A stretch of DNA of 64,000 bases from Raillietiella orientalis (lineage: Eukaryota): NCBI GenBank assembly GCA_036172245.1, contig JAYWIR010000009.1:1612001-1676000 (forward strand), given 5' to 3'. The stretch's first letter is position 1. Each line of letters opens with the position of its first letter. Position numbers and translations under genes: made by a program. The notes below the pieces were generated by a model, which saw only the letters and a program-made list of their open reading frames with translations, had not been told where the DNA came from and made no database searches. Below, in pieces: positions 40,891 through 50,900 of this stretch.

Positions 40891-41230
40891 CGGGCACAAG
40901 TATTACCTGCTCGATTTCTGGACTTCCATCTACCGAGCTCCCAGGGATAACTTTGGTTTTCTTTCGCTCATAAAAAAGTTGCTACCAGGAAGTTGGATAC
41001 TGCTGATCGGGAGGGACCAAGGCACGGGCGCTGATGTGCAGCTGTCGCGGAGCATTCTAAAATTTGAAAGCTCCGTGCACTTTCCTGTCTTCCCCCAGGG
41101 GCGTGCCGATCTTCTGTGGCTTTCTGAAATCATCTTCTGCACCATGTTTGGAGGGCGTCGAGATTCTGAAAGGTTTTTGCTTTTTTTAAGGATGCGGTCC
41201 AGAGAATGGATCATGACCGCTCGCAGATAA

Positions 41231-41273
41231 GAAATTCCCTACCAATAGGGAGTTCCTATTGGTAGGGATATTC
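41231..41273. repeat. Near-perfect hairpin/inverted repeat
   Basis: tccctaccaatagg-gagtt-cctattggtaggga forms a 14-bp perfect stem with imperfect extension. Confidence 0.85.
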
Positions 41274-42664
41274 TGAGTAGCAGAACATGACTCGAGGACG
41301 CCAGTCTGCAACTGCATGCCATCTGAACCACAGGAACCGAACGATGTGTTCCTTCCTCAGTTACAGCGGGATCCAACCAGACCGCAACTTCCTCTGACTT
41401 CAGAGCATTGACTTGAAGTTCATCTAACGCGCGACATCCTCCATCTGTATGTTTTGTGAGCCATCCGAAAGGTCAAGGGGAATGGAAGCAACTTTTCCCT
41501 TCCAGGTGCGACACATGTGTTCATAAAAGACCAACCGAGTGTTTGCTCGCAGCAGCGGAGACCGTCCGGGGCACCCGGCTGCCAGGCTGCAAGACGTCGA
41601 CCGTCCTCCTTGGAAGCGAGCAAAAAAAAAAAAGAAAGAAAGAAAGTCTCACAGGAAATTCCTCCTTGTTCAAATATTGATTTGGGCGCAAAATTGGCGC
41701 CGCGTGGGCCGCGCGACCCAAGAAGCCTCTTCAAGATGGAGGTGGTTCCGGCTTCCGGAAATTCGTTCACAGAGATCTCGTGTTCCTCTGCGACCGGACG
41801 CAGCCCACGAGTGGCGCGGCTCCTTTCAGCAGCACCACCACCTGAAGCCTCCCACGCTTCTTCCGTCATCCCGTGCGGATCGCTCGCGAAAAGCATCTTG
41901 GCTGCTTCGAAACGGAGGGCTGAGAGAAAGCGCTGCCGGTCCCATGGACCGGTTTGCGATCATTCGCGTTTCGGGCTCTGGTTCCACCTCGCCTGAGTAC
42001 CTGTCTCCTGTTCGTGGAGGCGGATCGGGATGAAGTCCGGTATGGACTCGTACGAGCTGGGCACTTGGAGATGAGCAATGTTGTAAGATGGGTTCTTTCA
42101 GTGGAGCTGGAAGGCGCCCGTAACGAGATGCTTTCTTTGCGCCACCATGTGCGGGGCGACTGCCGGTTCGCCCTGCGGATGCGTTCGCTCGTTCGAAAAT
42201 TCGTTTCGCTTTTTCGTGGATGAAGCGAAAGGAGGAATTCTGTGTACTGGAAGAGGAAGTAAGCAAGGGGTTTTTCCCCTCCTCGACGAGGTGAGGCTTC
42301 CATCTCAAATGTCCGAAAGAAAAGTCTGAGACCGAGGTCCTGAGGAATGAAAGAAGAACCGTTGCATTCTGGGAAATATCGGCATATCGTCACCAGCTGG
42401 TTGACCCAAACCTCCTCGGGTGTGAAACGCGGCCATCTGGGCTGAAGATGCGACCCACGTCTACCTCGCGATCGACCGGGAGGCGATGCTCTGAGCTGAA
42501 GACTTACCAAGCCTCTTGCTTCCTCTGCTGCTGGATGCCATCCGAAATGATAGGATGGAGAACGAGATGGAGGAGGAGAACTGCTCAGTAGGGATACCGT
42601 GGGAGCCTTCTGTGGAGAGGACACTTCGGCTAGCAAGGCAAAATGGGTGCTTCCATTTTGCTTT

Positions 42665-44500
42665 ATGATTCTGACCCTGTTATGCCGGGGCATGTACCAC
42701 ATGACCTAATAAAAGTGCATTTGTGTGGTAGAACCAAGAGTTCTGCCACGTGCATCGAACCTACTGAAGAGCGATGCGGAGACCGGCGAGGTCCCCTTTG
42801 GCAGCGTGGGGGAAGATGAAACAAAAGCAAAAAAAAATAAACAAACAGAACAGGGGAGGGGAAATTATACACGGGGAGGAGGAGAGGGGAGGCAAGGAAG
42901 GGATCACGGTACGCTGCCAGGCGTCCTCTGCATCCTGTTCAGGATGCTGGAAAGTTCCGTCCGCATAAAACCCAGGTGGTTTCATCTCGAGGCGGTCCTC
43001 AGGAAGATCCGCGCCCAGTGGATGGCCTCCCTGCCATTTCGGCCCTCTTCTTCTGGCGTTCCAGGTAGCCGTTATCCTGTGAAGACATCAGAGAACTGCG
43101 AGGAACGCGCTGGTGGCGGCAGAGGCCCGCGTCGGAGGCCTTGTGGTTAAGGCTTCCGCGTGTGGCACCGTGCGTCGCGGGTTCGAATACTTTGGCAGAA
43201 ACTCCGACGCCACTGCGTCATTTGGGTTCCGAGTTTCTCCTGCAAGATGGCGCTGGTTGGCCGAGACATACGGGCGTGGCACCGGCGGTGGATTAAGCCG
43301 GAGGTCCCCGATGAAGGCCGGAACAATGAAAGTCGACCTTCGTGTCCTCCCAGGAATCAAGGAGTGGGGAGTTCCCCCTCCTGTCGTGCAACGGAGAGCG
43401 GACCCCCATCACCGGGGGACCCCTCCGGTTTCAAGATGGAGCAGGAGCCCTCACAGACACCTCTCCAGTTGTTCAAAGGAGCGGACCCCCTTGTTGCGGG
43501 GGTCCCTCTGAGTCGTCGCCTCTTCACAGAGTGCACAAGGAAGCAAGCGAGAGCGATTCCCTGCGGGAAGCTGCAGCACCCCTTCTGAGTTTCGGACGCG
43601 TCCCTTCGGGTTTCTCTTCAGAGGAGTGAACAGGAGCGGTTCCCTTGCGGGTTCCCTCCGGAGAAGAAATTCCTATTAGCGGATCCTTTCCGGGTTCCCT
43701 TCGGAGAAGAAAAAATGGAGAGGACCACCCCCCTCCCAGCGGGTGTCCCTCCGGAAAGAATGAGGAAGGAGATTCCCTTCGGGGTTCCCTTCGGAGGCAC
43801 CACGCACAAATGAAAATGTCCCTGGGACCTTCCGCCGGGGTTCCTAGGTTCGTCGCGAGGCGATCCCGAAAGGATCAGAGGGCAGCACAGTCCATCAGCA
43901 GGTGCGGAAGAGTCTCCTTTCTTCCCGCACTGCCGCACTCTGAGCGTCCACGAGCCCAGTGGCGAAGGCGCGCTTTGCACGGGATTCTGCCATGCAGCAC
44001 CAGCAACGCCGACTCCTGGCACTCGAGGGGGAGGGCGCCACTGTTCCAGCACTCTGGGGGCTGCCTGACCTGCTACCCGGGAATTCCAAGCATCTCTCCC
44101 CAACGTTCAAGTCCGTGGGGTGAGACACTCGGGGTCGCAGCGTCCGTGACCTCCCGAGTTGTCCACGCCCCCAGAAGTTTCTTCTTTGCTGCTATGCAGA
44201 GTCACTTCCTACCTTTCCGGGATTACACTGTCCCTTGCGTCCCTTAGAGAGAGTAGCACTGGAGCAAGGGGGGAAGGCGAGACACACAGCATCCTTTGCG
44301 ATGACCTGCAGGCGTTGAGGCCTCGCTGCCGGCAGGTGTGCCCCGCCTTGCTCGCACAGTGGAGCCTCCTCCATGCGGAGACCTACCACTGGAGCCAGGC
44401 AGTGCAGTTCGTGGGGAGACAGGAGACCCAGGTGCTCTCCTTCTGAGATGGTGGAATTCCTTCTGCGTCCTCCCAGTTCTCCTGCTTTCCTTCCAGTTTT
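42665..44500 (-). mobile_element. Degenerate L1/Tx1-like LINE, ORF2 3' end and 3'UTR (copy 1, SINE-interrupted)
   Basis: Reads W...ALPLECQESALLVLHGRIPCKARL...C..(C)G..ETLPHLLMDC, the C-terminal zinc-binding motif of L1/Tx1 ORF2. The 5' boundary is uncertain. Confidence 0.75.
43127..43793 (+). mobile_element. SINE-like family copy (lacking its 3' end) inserted in an L1/Tx1-like fragment
   Basis: A-box-like tgtggttaagg and B-box gggttcgaat, then body and subrepeats. Bounded by GAGGC at 43122-43126 and 43794-43798. Absent from the sister LINE copy at 46410-47110. Confidence 0.8.
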
Positions 44501-46137
44501 TCTCACCTCCTTTTTGGGTAATTGCTGAAGAACCGGGGTTCACCTCCGTGAGGGGAGGGGAGGTGCACGTAGCGACTCCCCCGCACAACTGTCCTTCGAC
44601 CGCGGCCTCCTCCCGAGAAAAACCCTTTGGAAGGACCGCCGGCCTTCTTCTGTTCCCAGACTTCCTCTCTTCTGCTTCCTGTCTCAAGTCTCTTTCAGGT
44701 GGCCGTGGAAGCCAGGGTCAACCTCCCGAAATCCTCGAATTCCACCTTTTCGTTCCGCCAATGGATGCTGTCGGGAAAGCTTTCCTTTGCCACCCGTAGA
44801 CCTGGAAGCACATCCTAGGTCTTTCCGCCAACTTCTCCTTGCTCTGCCTGTTCCTTTAGAAGAGAGAGTGAAAAAGAGGTATCCGAACGCGGCCGTCCTC
44901 GGAAGCGTCCCTGGATGCTCCTCAGATCTCTCCCGAAGAAGAGGCTCTCAGGGAAAGACAGCTCCCTTCCGGAGGCAAACGAATTCGGGTGGGTTCCTGA
45001 AGGCAAGGCACCTCCTTGAGGGAAAAGCGAGGGGTGGGGTGGGGGTGGCGGGGAGTCTTTTCGCTGGACGCGAAGAGAATCAGAAAGCTCGTTGGAAGAC
45101 TCGGCGTTCCGAGGTCTGTTCTCTGCCGACAAAAGGCTACGGGAGTCACGCCAAGAAGGAAGAGCGACTTCCTCCATGCTTGGCGGGAATTTCTCCAGAA
45201 AGTTTGGACCGGCAGCTGCTCCAGAGTCGTCACCATCTCGTCATTGGAGGCGACGGGCGACGCCGTCCGTTTCAGCCCGCAACTCTGGTTTACCTCGCCC
45301 CTAGGCACGACCTCCTCCGCTCTCGAAGTCCCTCCCCGCACAGGAAAGTTTCCTTTCTTCAAGTGTCCTTTGGGAGCGCGTCGCGCTCAGGAGCCAAGGC
45401 CTCTGAGCACGAGGCGCCTCTCGCATCTTCCCCATATGCAAGGTCTGTGTGCCATCAGGTGGTGGAGATAGGAATTTTTCCTTTTAGGAATGTCTGTCGG
45501 GAGAAAATGCAGGCAGGAAGATTGGGAAAATCGGTAACCCCCGTATTTTCACGATACCTCATAGGTACCAATTCTCTGTAATTTCGAGAACTATTCTGGC
45601 TCTCTTGAACGGGGGAAAACTCGGTTTAGAAAGAAAACAGCAAATTAGTGTCATCTCGAGGCGAATGGAAATTATATTGAGCTTTCCACCAGTGTCGTGT
45701 CTAAACGCTAGATGACGCAATCAGCACTCCCTATGCCTAAGTCTCGAGCGAGGATGAGAAGAATGAAAGCACTTTACGAGACTTCCGGGTAGTCTACTTT
45801 GAAAAAAAATCACCTGCTCCAAGTACGGAAACGATGCTAGAGGCCACTTTGGGGGTCCTACGGGAGTGGCTGGTCTCTCCGGAAAACGAAAATGCTAGGG
45901 AACCTCTTGTTCTCTCCCTTAGGATGGGAAGGAGAAAAAAGAAACAGTGGGCAAAGTGAGGCTGCAGATTCTTCTGTCCAACTACTCTTGGACTGGCATC
46001 CAGAAAGCGAGGATCTCCCCCCCCCTCCTTCGTCTCGTGTGCCTCCTCTTTCGAAGGACACAAGAAAGATGATCTCTCACCCCTGCTCCCCTGAGGCATC
46101 TCTCCGCAAGGAGTCTTCTGACACCCACCCTGGTGAT

Positions 46138-46178
46138 CACTTCCTCAAGGCCGCCTGCAGGCGGCCGTGGAGGAAGTG
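46138..46178. repeat. Near-perfect palindrome
   Basis: cacttcctc-aa-ggccgcctgcaggcggcc-gtg-gaggaagtg has an 18-bp perfect core and 9-bp arms. Confidence 0.85.
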
Positions 46179-46409
46179 TCCATCTGGGGTCATATCACTT
46201 TCGAAGGGACAGGACCGCTCATCCGCATGGGGCGAGGATTCGCACAGAGAGGCGACGACCCGGCTTGACCCTAAGACAATGAAGGTTGAACCTCAACACA
46301 CTCTGCCTGCGCGCCTAAAATCCAGGAAGCGCCGATGCTTGGTGCATCAGGGAGCTGATCCCCAGGTGGGTCACGCCTCTTCTTTCCTCATCGGCTAGTG
46401 GGACTTCAC

Positions 46410-47110
46410 CTTTCCCCTCGAGTGCCAGGAGTCGTCGTTGCTGGTGCTGCATGGCAGAATCCCGTGCAAAGCGCGCCTTCGCCTCTGGGCACGTGGACGC
46501 TCAGAGTGCGGCAGTGCGGGAAGAAAGGAGACTCTTCCGCACCTGCTGATGGACTGTGCTGCCCTCTGATCCTTTCGGGATCGCCTCGCGACGAACCTAG
46601 GAACCCCGGCGGAAGGTCCCAGGGACATTTTCATTTGTGCGTGGTGCCTCACTGCCGCCACCAGCCGCGTCCCTCTCAGTTCTCTGCTGTCTTCGCGGGA
46701 CGACGGCTACCTGGAACGCCAGAAGAAGAGTGCCGAAATGGCAGGGAGGCATCCACTGGGCGCGGATCTTCCTGAGGACCGCCTCGAGATGAAACCACCT
46801 GGGTTTTATACGGACGGAACTTTCCAGTATCCTGAACAGGATGCAGAGGACGCCTGGCAGCGTACCGTGATCCCTTCCTTGCCTCCCCCTCTCTTCCTCC
46901 CCGTGTATAATTTCCCCTCCCCTGTTCTGTTTGTTTATTTTTTTTTGTTTTTGTTTCACCTTCCCCCACGCTGCCAAAGGGGACCTCGCCGGTCTCCGCA
47001 TCGCTCTTCAGTAGGTTCGATGCACGTGGCAGAACTCTTGGTTCTACCACACAAATGCACTTTTATTAGGTCATGTGGTACATGCCCCGGCATAACCGGG
47101 TCAGAATCAT
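46410..47110 (+). mobile_element. L1/Tx1-like fragment (copy 2), inverted near-identical duplicate of 42665-43126 plus 43794-44035
   Basis: Base-by-base match by eye to the reverse complement of copy 1 without the SINE. Both end at gtcagaatcat. Confidence 0.85.
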
Positions 47111-47664
47111 CATCCGCCAGTGCAAGGAGAGCGGTGAGAGGAGGAAAGGAGTCGACCCTGTCTCAAGGGAACGCAGGAATCGGTACCTCTCCCCACAATG
47201 CCGTTCTATTTCTCCTGTCTCTCCCCGGACTTTTTGAAATTCTACCTTCATCCTGGAGGACCTTTCCGCTGAAGGAGGATGAAGTACGCTCTGTCTTCGC
47301 TGGTCTGCCGCCCTGTCCAGGAGAAGGCAGGCGCTGAGAAAGGTCCGTGTCATTGAGAGAGGAGAGAAGGAGGACCCATAGAAATCGCGAGGTGTCCTTG
47401 AGACACGCCGATCAAATCCTTTGAGTCTTCTGCAGAGCATTTCATCATGGACCAGTCCTCCCTACGGAAGATCGAAGGGAGTCCCAACTCTCAAAACCTC
47501 ATTATTCTTGGGTCACATCAAGGTCCTCTCTCTCTCTCTCTCTTCATGATGTCCTCTCAGTCGTCCGGAGGCCGAGAAAGCGAAGTTTCCGGGCAACGAA
47601 ACGTGCATGCGCCTCCCGGCGAGCATTGCAAGAAGGGTGTAGGACGGCAAGGGGACGCCAGCAG

Positions 47665-49120
47665 TGCTCCTCGTTTCTTCGCCAGGGGCTTGTTGGGATA
47701 ACGTGGTGGCGGCAATTCAGGCTGTCGACTCCACAAATTTCCCGACCAACTTCCCAGGAAGCGAGTTATACCACGCATGGAAAAACCACCACACTCTCCT
47801 GCCTGCAGCCCCGATCCCCATCCAAGACCTTAACCTAATGAATCCGTGTTGAAGCGACAAGGAACTGCACGCCTCTGCACACACGGATCTGCCACATGAA
47901 GTTGTATTTATATCGGTAAATTCCTGTCAGCTGGCCCGCGGATGCAAAAATGTACGGTGGTCGCCAACTGACAGGCATCCACATTATTCAGCCTGTACCG
48001 AACGCGAGCATCCACAGTACATTTGGTCAGCCGTGAAATCTCACGACAAGGCTGAAGAGTGTTCCCAAAACGAGACTTTTTCCTTCCCATTTTGTCGTCC
48101 GAGTTCCAACTGGCCTGAAGTTGAAGCTGCAATCCAGATGCAAATGGTTTCAATTTTTGCGATGGATAAGCAGATTTATCGTGTAACATTGAACCCTGGT
48201 TCGCCAATTGCTGAAGGACCGTTCGCCTCCTTAGGGGGTTCACGAAGCCCTTTGACACTGCCCACGCACCACCCGAGGGGGCGTAACTCCTCAAGTTATA
48301 GGGGGTACCACGAATCCAGGAAAACTCTGGTGGGAAGAGTCCATTCCTCTCTTACTCCTGGAAGGAAACCCCGAAGAAAATTTCTCTGTGTTCACCGACT
48401 GTGGGGGGCCATTCCATTGTTTCTTCTCCGCAAGAAACACTCAAGGGAACCGCTTCTTGTCTGAGCCCCTCCGAAGAGAGTCCCGGAGGGAGGCTACCAA
48501 ATTTTCTCTGAAGGGCTCTCTCCGAAGGGAGCAGCACACTTCTTCACCACTCTCTGGAAAAGCAATCCTCGAGGGTGGCATCAACCAGCTCCATGGTACG
48601 CGATTAGAGGGTTCTAACCTTGTAACCTTGGAGGCACACTGTTGAGGACTATTTTCATCTCAGTCCAAAGTCGCGCTTGCAAAGAATTTCCAAATGGTTT
48701 CAGATGACCAAAGCAAGTAGCGTTTTTTCTGTGACTTGAAGGACGACCTTTGGGTGCATTCAGAGCACAGCGCTTCAGCAGTTTCTGGGAGGAAACACGA
48801 ACTTTGACCGGCTGACCAGGTGGACAGTGTTCTCCATACCAATTCTTCACCAGTGGTACATCAATACGGCACGGCGTCGTCCGGCTCTAAGGCTGCAAGG
48901 CCTGAACTCTCAGAGCAATGCAATTTCATCATCTGTATCATCTGCCCACAATGGGCAGTCATCCATCAGAGTGTGGATAAAATCAGGCATCTCAGAATCA
49001 TCGTAAGCATAAGGAAGAGAATCGTAAACCTGAGTTGAATACCGATGGGCAACAGAATTGATCAAAGGATCAAAACAAAGATAAAAGTCTCCCCTCTCGG
49101 TGTCCCGAATAAGAGGACCT
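47665..49120 (-). pseudogene. PRPF8: Prp8 (PRPF8, U5 snRNP spliceosomal protein) pseudogene fragment, N-terminal/PROCN region, intronless, split by a SINE
   Basis: Colinear Prp8 motifs across frameshifts and stops: [57 protein letters not shown], [SINE], [69 protein letters not shown]...W.GNL..RQ. Confidence 0.93.
48188..48620 (-). mobile_element. SINE-like family copy (5'-truncated) inserted in the Prp8 pseudogene
   Basis: Shares family blocks (ccatggagctggttgat, ttcctggattc, taacttgag, ggcgaacggtccttcagca). Flanked by TGTAAC at 48182-48187 and 48621-48626. Removing the insert restores Prp8 colinearity. Confidence 0.8.
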
Positions 49121-49449
49121 CCAGTGGACCACAAAAGAGTACTCGCCTCCAGGACTGTCTGCGATGCTGTTGCGGTGGTTCCGCGTGATGGAACGTCTCT
49201 CAGTCAGTCTGTTGGACCGCTCCTCCTGTAGGTTCATTCCGGAAGCTCGCGTCCTCCTGGTTCCCGGGTCTTGCACGCGAGGTGACGTTCCTCGCTACTC
49301 AAAAGTTCCCTGGATGGAGAGGCTGCTGAAAGAGGGCGCAAGTGGACGGCAGAGAAGCTCCGGTACGCACCGGAAGCTGTTCAGCAGACAACCAACCTCC
49401 GGAGAAAACCCTCCGGAACGATTTCTTCTTCCCTAGATGGGATCCTCAC

Positions 49450-50900
49450 GACCTTCCCAGGCTCCCGGGGTGCACTTCCGGCTTTTTGTCGGAGAAGAGA
49501 TCCTTTCCGCCGAGGTAACGAAGAACGTCTCGACGCGGATGTCCCGACTCTTATCCTCGATCAGCTCTCCAGGAAGGGTGCTCGAGTCGTCTTCCTTGCC
49601 TCTTAGATGCCTGTCCCTGTTCCTTACGACCCCGATTAAACCTTTGAACCGAGAAGCCGACCCTTCCTCAGGCCAGCAGGTGCGGCTTCTGCGTCTCTTC
49701 GGATCGCTAGCGACGCTCTCCTGGGAGAGAGGTAGAGCGGGTCTTCCACCACCGCAGCTCACAGGGGATGAGCACCTCACCACAGGACGAGAGCGATAGG
49801 CCGGGAGCGGAGTCGCTGGGAGACCAATTCTTGGAAGTTCGAGAGCCGGCAGGGATGCGTAAGGGAGGGTTTCACAAGAGCTCGGCGTTCCGGAATGCGC
49901 CTTTCGCCCGCGGTCGAATCTCGTGCTCTCTCTCCCGCCCATCTCCAGAACCTTCTTTCTCCTTCGGTCCTTCGAAGGATCCCGTCACCACGGGGAGTGG
50001 GAGAAGGGGGGGGGGAAGGCACATCCAGAGCGGTGGCGCTGAATTCACTTTCGTTCCGCAGACACACCGCCGCCTACCGTCATGTTGGGAAGGAGTGGAA
50101 CAGACGCACCCCTCACGCACGCCCATGAGGACACGTCACGGCTGAGCGCCCTCTTCTGGAAGGGCGCATCACTGCGGGTCGGCTCTTCCGAACAATCGGC
50201 GCGAAGCCCTTCCACCCTGCCCGCCGCCCGGTTCTCCGGCAAAGCGTCTCCGCAAGGCGCGAAGCCGACAGCGCCACCACGATCGGCCATTCGGCGACCC
50301 CAGCTGGTTCGTCGTCCGCGACCAAACGGAACGCTCCAGCCAGAGGCACTCGAAAGACCGTTCGCGGCAACAGGACTGGAAAGGTCAGTGGCCGATTCCT
50401 CCCCAAGAAGGATGAACTGCCTCAGATAGGCCATCTCCCTGGAGCTTCGCGGCTTCTCGAGTCAACCGCAGGTATCGGTTTTGCAGTTGGGAGGCTCATT
50501 CCTAGAATATGAGATAACCCTCCTAAGAGTACGAATTCCTGGGCAAAGGCTCCTCGGCATGGTGCGGACTCCGTTTGCAGCTTACGGGAATGACCTTGAT
50601 TTTCGGATTCTTCGCGTCCTTTTCCTCCTTCGGAGAAAAATCAACTCAACGAGGATGTCTTCAGGGACTCCCGGTTGGCCTGAGGCCATTCTCATTCACC
50701 CTTTTCTCTCGGGTGGCCGGCTTCAGCTACTGGAAGTGGCTGTCTTGTAGCACGCGTCGCTCAGATGACCTCATCCGAACTGATCCGCAGAGGTCGCAGG
50801 GAGACACGATGTCAACGGTATGAATTCCGTGGAAACCACGATGGGAGGGATGCGGAGCCGCGCTGTTCGGCAGACGAGCCGGATAAGATGTGATGTCTTC
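49450..50900 (-). mobile_element. Possible decayed L1/Tx1 5' part (ORF1 knuckle and endonuclease start)
   Basis: CDLCGSV[7-nt insertion]GHLSDAC gives CX2CX4HX4C at ~50752-50800, followed by NENGLR (WNVNGLR-like) and LIFL. Confidence 0.35.

Noticed and set aside
43127..43200. tRNA gene candidate
   Set aside because: A and B boxes are present but there is no proper acceptor stem, and the sequence continues into a repeated SINE body.
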